Shown: one piece after another, positions 52,274 to 64,000 of the stretch
How positions within the stretch are numbered: the stretch's first letter is position 1
Layout: every line of letters starts with the position of its first letter
Source of the DNA: Tubiluchus corallicola
Taxonomy: Eukaryota; Animalia; Priapulida
Length of the DNA: 64,000 nt
Assembly: GCA_030141605.1 (NCBI GenBank)
Contig: JAQGDQ010000262.1
Coordinates: forward strand, 150,249-214,248
Reading direction: 5' to 3'
Notes under the pieces: generated by a model
Told to the model about the DNA's origin: nothing
Databases searched by the model: none
The model's input: only the letters and a program-made list of their open reading frames with translations
Program-made: the position numbers and the translations under genes

Positions 52274-53619
52274 CTGAAAAAGAAATGAAATTAAGAAAAA
52301 CAAGGATTAAAATTCATTTATTTCACAATTTCACAATAGTTTCAAACATTGATCTACGCTGTAACATTCCAGGACTTGGCATAAAGCAAAAATTGCTGTT
52401 TTTAAAGGAAAGCAACATCGTGTTTCGTCTATAAAATACTGTCAATCATAAACTCCAAACAACTTCTGCGTGTTGCTTAACTGACTTGACATTTGATATG
52501 TGATCTCTTTCCATACAAACAGAGATGCAAAGATTTCACAGATGCATCACTGCCAATTGTTAGCAGGTACTAACTGCCACCTGCATGCTTAGTTTAATTT
52601 AATTATAATAATGTCATGCAGGAGGCACCACAGTACAGTAATATTAATTTTGATAAAGTTAATAGTCACAATCCTCTACACACCAAAACAAATAATAGTT
52701 GGACAATTTTTTAATGGTTTCAAAACAAAATATAATGTTGATATGATACTGCATGTAAACTTGGTCTCGTGAAAATATTTGCAAAGAAGAGATGATGACT
52801 GACTAAGAGGTCTTGAGTAATAAAGACAAAAACATCAGAGCGTACCATCATTCACTTTTGTGCAAATTTTAAAAAAAGCCTACCATTTGCGCAAAAATAG
52901 TTTCACAATGTGCACGAATGAATAGAAACATCTCATGGCAAAAGATCTTTTTTAAACTCGTGTTTTTATTTGGTCACAATTCACAGTAAATAAATTCTTC
53001 TTTAAGAAATTTGAAGTTGTGGGTTTGTTATATTTGGATCGTCTTGATCAAAATTTGTTATATTTGATCTAGCTGTGTTATTGATTTTAGCAGGTAGATT
53101 AACAACTACCAACTAAAGAATGATCAAGAGACATACATAACCAGTAAAATCATTTTCCGTAATTATGCAGACCGTAATAGTGTCCATGGAAACAGCAGAA
53201 TAAGAAGTCCTTGCTTCAAGGCACTGGCCTGCAGTGTTTCAAGCATTAAGATGCATGCATGCAGTATAACGTGTATAAGTAACACACACTGACACTTTTA
53301 GCACTTCAAATTAAGCATTAGTTGACTGTCACCGTCATTTTCTTCTTTCTTCAATATCACAGCAGTTTGCCTTGTGACTTTTGACCACCAACAGTGCACT
53401 CTGTGTTATCAGTCACTCCCTCCTCCTAACTTAAAAGTATCTCCCATCTAATTCTTTAAAAGTTACTAAGTTAGTTGCCCACAGCTTTTGAGCCACGATT
53501 GACCTGTGACCTATTTAAAATAGCTGACTGCCCTATCAGGTATTATAAGTTCCTAAGTTTGCTTGCCCATCTTTGCAGTTTTTGTGACATAAGTTTCTTT
53601 CTTCTGATACAATTTTTGT

Positions 53620-53705
53620 GGCTGTTGATGCTGTTGTTGATGTTGTTGTTGTTGTTGTTGTTATTGGTGTTGTTGCTACTATTGTTGTTGTTGTTGCTAC
53701 TGTTA
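53620..53705. repeat. (TTG)n microsatellite
   Basis: Seen directly. Confidence 0.85.
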
Positions 53706-55661
53706 ATAATGATGTATTTTATTGTGGCCACATTTTAATCAAATCTTGCCTTTTATTGTTGGTTTTTGATCTTTTGAAATAGGAAGTACGAATGACTAAA
53801 TGAAAATGATTAAACGTTCAAAGTAGTGAGACACAAACAATTAAAGAAATACATATCGAGGTTTCTTTAAAAATGGATAATCGCATAACCCTATCTTAAC
53901 AACAAGCATAAAACGATTTCTGACAGTTTCAGTCCTGTTACAAATAGATTACCAGGTTAGTGTACCATAGGTTTCTCCCCCGAGTTTTATTAATATAATA
54001 ATTTCTTTAATCGAATCTTGCATTTTCACTGGTGCACCTTTCAACCGGTTCTTTGGCCACACGTTTACGTATTTCATCACCCTTGACCTTTAATCGAGGC
54101 CGAGTTTCGGTACAATACGCACACTCTTGGTCACTCTGGATCACTGGCTCACCAGTTTTATTTCCAAGATTTTGAATTCTAAAAGACAAATAAACCACTA
54201 ACACCTTGACCTTGACCTTTTAATCAAATGTCGCTGCTAACAATAACAGTGCATGAGAACCGTTATCTAGATTAATAGTCCTCGCCTCTGCAGGAGTTCC
54301 GATTTCGGGTGCAGTATGTCGAAATGTGTAAAAAATTGTAACGCTCTGTCATATGCCAGGTGCACCTTTCTTTTAGGAAGGCTCCAGCATATCCCATGAT
54401 CTCGTGCGAGTGTCTCCTCTTCCGCCGGCATTGAAAAATTGACTTGTTTTAAAATGTAAAAAATAACATTATCATTCTAATCATTTATCTAATTAATTTA
54501 ATTAATTTTTTTTGCTCCAAAAAATATGGTACTTACTGATAATTTATAATATAAAATTATATAGCAGAAAAGGGGCAGTGAAGGTCCATACGGTCATCGG
54601 GTTTATCCTAATAACAATATAACAGCTTGGTGCAACAAATTGCTTTATTTAGGGAATTTACAGTTTACGTTATGAAAAACAAACAAAAATAATGACAAAA
54701 AAATAAATCTTTGTATTAAGATACAAAACAAAAATAAAATCAAGGACATTTAAAACGAAAGACGAACAAAAATCAAAGTCAAAATATAAATGGAGAACTT
54801 GAGTAAGTAAACTCAAATTAAAATAAAACAAGAACTAGAATTATCTGATCCGCTAATAGAAACAAAACTCAAAAAAAGATTCAAATCTTTAAATCTGAAA
54901 ATCTTAAACCAAACAGAAATCAAAATCTAATCGAAACCAAACTAAAATATAACACAAAAGAGAACAATTTGAAGAAGAATTTCTACTTTGAAGGAGAAAA
55001 ATTTTTGACGATTTGCAAAAACTCCCCAAGGTTGGGACTCCATATTTGACATTTTGGTTCTGTCAGCCCCATCTCATTAAAAGTAACCATTTCAGTACCA
55101 TGCATTAGATCTGTGTTTTATGATATTAAATCAGCAAATTTTATTACAAAAACTCAACTCAACAAGTTACAAAACAATAACTATGGCCACTAGACCATTT
55201 TATCATCTTGACAGCCACTTGGTAATCCTTTGTTAAATAAAGAGCAAATAACAAAACCATTTCACAAGCAGTTTTACACGCTCAATTGTGGTAAAACCTT
55301 GGTGTAGCTTTACATTCTAAACACCAAGGTAATTAGTTCTAGAAACACGATATTATGGATATTATAAGACCTGTTAAACAGGTTTGCTTACAAATAAATA
55401 TACAATAAGGCCTGTTCATTCTACCAAGATTGGAACCCTGTGTAAATAAAATGTTAAGTACATCGCTAGATTATTTGTTAGCACAAACATAGACTGGTAG
55501 CACAATATCGAGGTGGTAGCATTGCTAAGACGTTACACCTCACGTTGTAAGAAGAAATTTGCAGAACAGTTAAAAGAATTATAATAAAAATTGTCACTTT
55601 TAACGCGGATGTATAACAGTTTAACAAGCACTAGGTGTCACTTAACGTGCTAATTATCTTG

Positions 55662-55694
55662 TGACGTGCATTTTTACTTTATCAGTCTATAAAG
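55662..55694 (+). promoter_or_regulatory. Putative promoter of the nested FGase-like gene (CRE-like TGACGT and TATAAAG)
   Basis: TATAAAG at 55688-55694, 150 nt upstream of the ATG at 55838. Confidence 0.4.
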
Positions 55695-55837
55695 GAAAAA
55701 CGATAGACCTAATTGCTTCCCCGGTGACCAGACCCAGCAGGAGGAGGCTATTCTGAGCCTGTGTCTATAGGTTAGCAGAACACAGTCCTTGGCTGAGCCT
55801 GGAAGCCACCCACACATCTACACCGGATTCCAGTAAG

Positions 55838-58800
55838 ATGTGGCTGCTTTTGCAACTGTGTGTGGTTCTAAGCATTTTACTGCTGCAGCCAACAGAATGT
55901 ATTTTCAGCGAATCTGGATACATAGAGTATATCGAAGGTCAGAGTAACTTAATCATCAGGTAATGCTTAATGGAAAACTACCTTGTTTAGGATTTCGAGC
56001 AGGTAATAAGAAGCTATTGTTTTTAAAAGTCAATAACGCTTTCAAAGTAGCCAGTGTAATTGTGAATGAATCAGTTTCTCCCACGTGTTTATATATACTG
56101 TGCTACTGTGTTTTTCCTAAGTGCTTGTATACTTTTTAGTGCAATATCTTTTTTATGTGTTAATTATATAAACAACAACAAAAAAACTCCCAAAAATTAT
56201 TTGAGTAGTTATAATAGTTACTTGTGATCTTTTCTCTTTTTTGTTCTTGTCTTTTGTTCACCTGAAGAAGAACTAGTGGCAGTTTCAAACGTTATGCTTT
56301 TCCTTTCTTTCTTCCTTGTTTTTTAATCGTGGGTTTCTTATTCATTGCCACTATTCTTGTGATTAAGAATTATTTGTGTTATGAAGTGCATTTGTCATTA
56401 TGTTAAATAAAAACCAACGTTAATTTTATTACATTTATTATTGTTACTTAAAATATCAATACTACTATCTGAGTCATTTGAAGCAAGTGGTTCTCCAAAA
56501 ATGAATACACCTTACATTCCTAAAAACAATACCTAGTTTCTAAGCAACTTCTTGTGAAAACATTCTATTTCACACCTATAGTCATCTATGAGCCACAGCA
56601 GTATGATTGTAAAAAAATTATAGCTAAATTCTACAGCATAAGACTCGAGATTTTGATTATGAATACTGACGAGCCTTCAGTTTCAACAGGTAGGTCCAAG
56701 GGTAATAAAACTTCTTATAAATTAGCCAAAATCCTGTACAACTTTGCAAAAATAATTTCCCACACTACACAGAGTGAAGGATATTTCCACAAACTATTAG
56801 CCTGCTTAGAAGGAAATGTTCATTGCGATGGTTTATTCAGACAAAAAACATGAGTTTGTACAACTTACTTAAATATCCTACTTAAATCTAATAAGAAATT
56901 AGGTGCTCTTATTTATGAAACAAAACTTTACGCTACAACTACAAAGAACTAGTAGTAGTATGGTAAAAACACAAAACTTAAATAATTAACATAATCATAA
57001 ACGAGTTTAAATTACACAATCACAGCACAAGGTTTATCCAGCACTCACAGATTACCACCAATATATAACTGCCTTTTTTATCACATTCATTTAAGTAGTT
57101 TCCAAAGTGAATAAGGTCTTCTGGGTTTGTATAAAGCCACATTACTGAGTATACATTACCTTTTTCTAAAGAGAGATTATATATTTTGTGCTCATATTTT
57201 TGTCTAATATCTTCAAACAAAGGACAAGTAAAAAGGTAATGTAATTCGTTTTCTACTAATGAGCCAACTTTTTGAGCTTATGTTGCGACAGTATTGGCAA
57301 AGCCTTTCATCCTCTTTTTTAGTTTTATATCTACCGCGTTCTATTTCCAGGGCATGGTCGTTCATACGTAATTTTGTAATCTTTACTATTGTAAAAGTAA
57401 TTCAGAAAAGGGACGAATGCTAGCTATAGAACCTTACCTATGTCCACAAACAGCTGCTACACAAATCTACAGATGATAATGTACAGTGCTAGCTAACCAC
57501 GTGTTTCACCCGTTTTACTGAGTCAGATACGTGGCGTGTATAAGGTCACGTGACGGCCGTAGCTAAGCCGCGTTGCTCTGGTACACTTAACCTTTGACCT
57601 GCAACAACTGAGCGTGCGCACAACGAAACTATGAAAAGGCTTATTACCATAGAATAAAAATGTACCATAGAAACACATGTACCAGTCCACTACCCGACAA
57701 ATTATAATTAAAAAAAAGAGCGACTTCAGTTTTTGGAAATGTATCTGGAAGTATTTTCGAGCAAAGTAAGATAATCCTCTCCCAACTTTCCCCTAAGAAA
57801 TGTTTATTCTTTTCAAAACAGCTGGAGAAGAAATATCAGTGCTAATCTCTTTTCAGTGCACCTCATGGAGGAGCCGAGAAACCCGAGGAGATTCCTGATC
57901 GAAAAGGAGGGTGCTTTGTAGACATGAAGTGCATTTATAGCCATGACTGTGGTGAACCAGATCCAGTAAATTGCAGAGTCACTGATTATGCTGTAAGCTG
58001 AGCAAGAAGGATTCTGTTTATTTGCTAGCATAAATATTCTTGCTTATAAGCGCTTATAAATAGTTAGAAAGCATCTTGACCAGATTTTGAACTAACATTG
58101 AAATCCAACTTTGATAAGGCATGTAAAGCTATATTCTAAATAATGAATAATCGATTAAACATTTAATTCATGTTAATGAAAACCATTATTGATGATAATA
58201 CGAGTTATATAGCTCTGGCGTGGCATCCGAAATACAAAAAATAACAAAACATTGAATTATGTTATGCTGCAAAAGTTTGCTAAATTTCTGTAAGGACGAA
58301 TTAAATAATTGATGTTTTATAATGTGATTAACAAAAGCAGTGTAACAAAAAAAAAGAATAATAAATAGTGTGAATTGTACACAGCTTATCCACCATGTTT
58401 CAAAATAACGTATTATCAATTAATGTGCTCAATTTAGACACTGAGTCTTTAAGTTTTCTTCTTTTAAACAGCAGTCCTTAGTTAAACTATGACCTAAAAA
58501 TTACACTTTTCAAAGTAGCTCAAAAATTCATCAAGAATACTGGTAGATTTAAGTAAGGAAACATACTTATATTTTCTTGATCATTCAATCACATTTTGTT
58601 ATGCATTGTTTCTAGCAGAATCTTTTAAAATTTACTTTGTATTTTGTCTGAGGTCTTTACATTAGCTTGGCTTGTTGACCAAAGGTCACATTATATGTGA
58701 AAAATAATAAATGCAATATGTTTATAAGAAAAATAGAGTGAGTTAGCAATCATATAAAATACATATAATTGCATACACATGTTGTGCAGCCTTCTGATTT

Positions 58801-60596
58801 TAGCATCCCAAGAAGAAGTTTATTAGTCAGACATTCACACTACAACACGGCATCTTGAGCATGAACTATACATCTTAGTGAGAGCGAAATGCTATCAAAG
58901 ACTAATGGTAGCACACAGTTTTCACCAAGTTTTGGGCAATACTGATAAAACGGGACACTTTGTACTGTGACTACAATGTATCATAGTAAACATGGGTACG
59001 GTCTCAGTCTCAATTCCAATTAACTAGATAATTCTAAAAAAATTTCCTTGTCACATACTTGAATTGAAATTTTCATAAAAAAATGTCAAATCCATTGTCA
59101 AATGTCAAAGCCAGTGTCAAATCCTTTCCTTTTAGCCTGTGAACATTAAATGATTTGTAATTCCAGCACAGAAAAACCTTCCACAAAAATTAATAACTAG
59201 TATTAATAATAAGAGATTTTACAGAACAATAATTTCAGATTCATTAATATTACAAATTAGAAACATAACAAAGAGCTGTAGGATTGCTACTAGGACATAA
59301 CTTTAATAATCTTAATGTCTTGTAACAGGATTCGTACACGCTTGAGATAACAAAAGCAGTCGTGGAGCAACTCAATGCATTATGGGATGTCCATCCACAC
59401 GCGATTATTAATCATCTGCACAGGAGCAAACTAGATGCAAACAGGAACAAAGAACAAGCTGCGTTTGGTGATCCCACAGCTGAAAAAGCTTGGGAGGAAT
59501 ATCATTACTACATAAATCAGGTAACTTGAAATGATTTATGTTTTCTAACCATCTGACTCTCAGGACGACATGTTTTTCTGTCTGTTTATCCAGTTCAAAG
59601 ACGTTTATCCGACGCACAAAATCTTCAAAACAAATGATCCGGTAACTATATTTAGCAAAAGTTTGGCATATGCAGTCAAAGGTCAAAGGTCAAGGCCATG
59701 AAATATTTAGGCTTACAGTTAAACAATTTAAAGGTCAAGGTCACGAAATATTATTTATTGAATTTTAACCAAAGGCAAAATGTAAAAGTACAGGTTGTAT
59801 TCAACACAGTTGTCAAAGGCAAGAAATCAAAGACAAAGAAAAAATAAGTGACTTATTTTTATATTAGTATATTCTTGTAGGACTGAATGCAATGCAGCAT
59901 TTCTCAAATGGCAAAAAAAGTTTGAATCAGTTGTGTTCAGGACGTGGGAATTCGGTATAGTTGGTTTATACAGGGTGTTCTGTAAGAAACTGTGCAGCAG
60001 AAGTCTGGTTATGTATGTCATATAATTATATTTGATCATGCAAAATGTAGGTTATATGGTATTTTCTCTTAATGTCATATGTTATTGTTATTTTATGACA
60101 TTTTCACGTAATAATTCGTTTCTGTCCACAAGCTAATGGTGCACAATTTCACCAGTTATTGTAGTATAATCTTCACTGGAATTTCATCAGCATGTTTCAG
60201 CATATCAACACATTTCTGTTGACTGTTTTTTTCTGGAGCATCCTGTATAAGCACGTCCTATCAATTCACTCAAAACACATTACGAAATTCTCTGCACTGT
60301 TGTTTTGGAAATCTGCAAATTTTGAAAGTTCATTAAAAAGCGAGACACATACCAATTTATCTTTTCTGGTTAAAGAGCAAAAAGACCATCGGTGGCCACG
60401 CTCTGTACATAGACATGCATGGTGTCAAAACACATGCAGAAGAATGGATAGAGCTGGGATACGTCATCAAAAACACAGAGTTAGATTATGGCAACTACAC
60501 CCACAAAGACAGTTCAATTCGATACTTAGCAGAAGTGCTTGAACGAACGACGAAGGAAGATTTTGACTGGGTTTTGAACGGACACGGCAGTATGGG
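55838..60596 (+). CDS. N-formylglutamate amidohydrolase-like (Zn-exopeptidase fold) secreted protein, exons 1-4: 55838-55959, 57857-57992, 59329-59520, 60376-60596
   Basis: Signal peptide MWLLLQLCVVLSILLLQPTEC, then YIEYIEG..LIISAPHGG..PEEIPDR, DSYT, PHAIINHLHRSKLDANR, AWEEYH, IDMHG and IELGY. Splice phases are consistent. Confidence 0.88.
56990..57420 (-). mobile_element. Decayed LINE 3' end
   Basis: NELHYLFTCPLFEDIRQKY resembles the terminal E-x-H-x-L-x-x-C-x-x-x-x-x-x-R motif of LINE ORF2. Confidence 0.6.
59971..60245. mobile_element. Degenerate mariner-type MITE
   Basis: TA-CAGGGTGTTCTG ... TGGAGCATCCTG-TA ends, similar to the 19631 element. Confidence 0.55.
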
Positions 60597-60879
60597 GTAC
60601 GTCTTTGTCTATAGATTTTTCATCAGTAGTTTACCATAAGCTCTATATTAACTGCTGTAAATGTGGCAACGGTGTGCCGTAGTTGTATATGGCAAACTTC
60701 ATGTATAATTTTTTCAGTAGTTGTGCAGTAACTGTTGTGTAATGTTTGGTGTGCATGCAAGCAGGAAATCAGTTACAGTAACTTTGGTGACAGGTTTGTT
60801 TGATAGGGAAAATGTGGAGGAGGGGGCAATAAAGATGAGCCATAATAATAGCTTATGCTCCAATCAGAAATGTATTCAT

Positions 60880-61251
<372 letters not shown>

Positions 61252-61379
61252 TCGTTTAGAACATAGTGCAGGGATAACACCTTAAGTAACTCAATATGTA
61301 TTGCCAAAGTGGTCCCAATTATAATTACCCCCAAGTTACTTCGATAAACATTAAAAATGTATCAGTCCTCCTAATATAG

Positions 61380-61750
61380 CTAGATAAAAATGTTAAAAAT
61401 ATAAAGCTTAATCCAAAATGGCATCACACAATTTAATACTACCCGACATTATGCGGAAGTTTTGAATACCATTCAGCAATTTTTCTTTATAAATATTTAA
61501 ATGATTTGATGCCAGCTTTCAGTGCCAATCAGCTTCAATTTAAAATCGAAAAAAACGTTAACCCAAAGAACACACAGCATAAAACAAATAATAAATACAA
61601 TTCTGTTTGCAAAGGGGCAATAAATACATGGAATGATTGTCCACCTAATGTAACATCTCCAGTAACTAAAAATGAACTGAAAAATACCATACTAGCCTTA
61701 AAAAAACTAATATGAGAAGATAAAATCACACCACCTTACTGTTATTATCA
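61380..61750 (+). mobile_element. Decayed CR1/L2-like LINE 3' end
   Basis: KYNSVCKGAINTWNDCP...KNELK resembles the LINE C-terminal G...WNxLP motif. Confidence 0.5.
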
Positions 61751-61801
61751 ACATTCACCCAGGGGTCTGTAGTCGTGGCAGATCAAAACCTCATTCTTTA
61801 T

Positions 61802-62479
61802 CACTTGTTTATGCAGTTTTACATACACTTGTTTATGCAGTTTTATACACTTGTTTATGCAGTTTTACATACACTTGTTTATGCAGTTTTACATACACTT
61901 GTTTATGCAGTTTTACATACACTTGTTTATGCAGTTTTACATACACTTGTTTATGCAGTTTTACATACACTTGTTTATGCAGTTCTACATACACTTGTTT
62001 ATGCAGTTCTACATACACTTTTTTATGCAGTTTTACATACACTTGTTTGTGCAGTTTTACATACACTTGTTTATGCAGTTTTACATACACTTGTTTATGC
62101 AGTTTTACATACACTTGTTTATGCAGTTCTACATACACTTGTTTATGCAGTTCTACGTACACTTGTTTATGCAGTTCTACGTACACTTGTTTATGCAGTT
62201 TTACATACACTTGTTTATGCAGTTCTACGTACACTTGTTTATGCAGTTTTACATACACTTGTTTATGCAGTTCTACATACACTTGTTTATGCAGTTCTAC
62301 ATACACTTGTTTATGCAGTTCTACATACACTTGTTTATGCAGTTCTACATACACTTGTTTATGCAGTTCTACATACACTTGTTTATGCAGTTCTACATAC
62401 ACTTTTTTATGCAGTTTTACATACACTTGTTTGTGCAGTTCTACATACACTTGTTTATGCAGTTCTACATACACTTGTT
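61802..62479. repeat. 24-bp minisatellite, about 28 copies
   Basis: Unit ACACTTGTTTATGCAGTTyTACAT, ending just before the VAC14 exon acceptor. Confidence 0.96.
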
Positions 62480-62496
62480 CATTTCTCACATTTCAG

Positions 62497-62708
62497 GTTG
62501 TACTGAGGAACTTGGAAGTGTTAGCAGAAATATCATCGTCTCCAGCCGGACTCAAATATACTGTCTCCTTACCGGACAATGTCAAAGGAGCCATATCTTC
62601 ACCTCCCGGAAACATGAACAGCTATTTTCTAAAGTTTCTGCTGAGCTTAATGAATCTGTTTGCAACGGACAGTCAGCTGCTGGATGACAGAGGATCCTTC
62701 ATAATCCA
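62497..62708 (+). CDS. VAC14: VAC14 exon on the opposite strand to the rest of the gene (VVLRNLEVLAEISSSPAG...MNSYFLKFLLSLMNLFATDSQLLDDRGSFII)
   Basis: Matches the VAC14 segment immediately N-terminal to QLC; tttcag acceptor; CA|GTAAGT phase 2 fits the exon starting at 52273 on -. Confidence 0.92.
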
Positions 62709-62899
62709 GTAAGTTCTATTTTATCATGTATCAGCATTTCCTTCATTATGCTTAAGTAAGCGTACTTAAGTTAGTAATCCTTACTAAGTAGCAATAACAG
62801 TAATTTAGTGGATTTATGACCTCACAATATCGGGGATTATACATGAACAACAAGAATACCACAGAAGTTCGACATTTCTAAAGTTGTATACCGTATAGT

Positions 62900-63240
62900 A
62901 CTTAAAGCACAAGAAAACCCTCACTTACATTTTTTTGAAATATGCCGGCATCAATGTTCGTTTGGCTGGAGATAAATATTTTAATTTCTTTTACATTTTT
63001 AAGCAAAGCCTTCTGTGTGCATATTTTGTATTGTGATTTCAATATTTTTAATTGTATATTAGAATGCAATAAATGTTGTTCTAGGGTTGGTTCTTCCTTT
63101 AAATGTTTTGCGATTTTTGTCAATATATTCGTACACCCGAGGAAGCCATTGTCCAGGTTTCTCATCCCCGTCAATGTGATGACTTCAAATTGGCTGTGTG
63201 ACATCGTATTAGGCTATGCTGGCCAGGACATATAGATCTT
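62900..63240 (-). mobile_element. Possible Penelope-like GIY-YIG endonuclease relic
   Basis: Degraded ...MRNL...TKIAKHL...ILK...KEIKIFI pattern. Confidence 0.35.
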
Positions 63241-63567
63241 TGAACGCAGCTTAATATAAAGAACATTTGTTACCCAAGTCTAAAAATCTGTACTTTTTTA
63301 ATTCATGAAACAAGATCAAATTACAGCATGCAAAGATGATATGTCGATGACTTTTTACTATTACTTACAAAATATGTACTGCTCAGTGGTAACAACTCTA
63401 ACTATAAGTCTGTTGTTTTCACTATCTGGTTGACAGCAATCATGACTATAAATGTGCCTTCCATACACAGGCACACACACAGAAAAACCCGCCATTTTGT
63501 CCTTTTTTCAGTGAAATAAAATTTTATCATAATGTAATTAAGTAGGACAGTTATGTAACATCCAGTC

Positions 63568-63880
63568 TTAGTACACAAACAACATGAACCATAAATTTCC
63601 AAATAAGAACATTACTGAAGACAATGATATGTGTGTACCGACACTGTAATACATCTCCATGTAATCATGAATAATCTTTGCGACTTCTGGACACACCGTC
63701 TGGCATTGTTCTTCATTGCGCAGGCGCAGTGGCAGCTCTATTTGTATTCCGTCTACGACTCCGCCATCTTTTGAACCATGAATTTGAGTGTTGTAACCAC
63801 CGCGGAAGTATCCTTTCCCATTCGGGGTCGGGTATTGTGGGGATGGTATCACTTTATGTCCAATCTGCTGAAACATCCAG
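63568..63880 (-). CDS. Terminal exon of the FGase-like gene, on the opposite strand (WMFQQIGHKVIPSP...YFRGGYNTQIHGS...DGIQIELP...hydrophobic tail)
   Basis: ttgacag acceptor in phase 2 completes the GG|C Gly codon left by exon 4; family motifs GGY and QIE; C-terminal hydrophobic segment. Confidence 0.88.
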
Positions 63881-64000
63881 CTGTCAAATGTAATAATAAT
63901 AATTATAATAAAATTCGTTATTGCTATAAAAATTACACATCATTGAAAGGTAAACTACACATTCAAAAACTGATAGTACAGCCAGTGTTTCCACTGCTGT

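Noticed and set aside
56258-56295. Hammerhead-ribozyme-like CTGAAGA-stem-AAAC (Penelope-type); weaker example at 35403-35420
   Set aside because: The required GAAA core is not intact and stems I and III could not be established; at most a dead relic.

Overview
AT-rich, repeat-dense eukaryotic (invertebrate animal) genomic DNA with spliceosomal introns; most long entries in the ORF track are microsatellite or minisatellite artefacts. Three genes can be assembled by hand. (1) A complete 10-exon Neto/SOL-2-like gene on + (3372-42324, about 888 aa): signal peptide, CUB, CUB, LDLa, TM and a long Pro-rich tail. (2) The 3' part of VAC14 on - (five exons, 46826-52273), including a U12-type intron. 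(3) A 5-exon N-formylglutamate amidohydrolase (FGase)-like gene (about 327 aa) with a signal peptide and a GPI-like C-terminus, nested antisense in a VAC14 intron. The main anomaly: the VAC14 exon that should precede the - strand exons lies on + (62497-62708), and the last exon of the + strand FGase-like gene lies on - (63568-63880). One inversion starting between about 60.6 and 62.5 kb would repair both genes; it could be real, polymorphic or an assembly misjoin. Also present: a 5S rRNA-headed SINE with an RTE-type tail, RTE-derived non-autonomous elements, pogo/mariner and hAT MITEs with target-site duplications (TSDs), a probable solo LTR, LINE relics and many tandem arrays. Family assignments come from recalled motifs; no database search was run.
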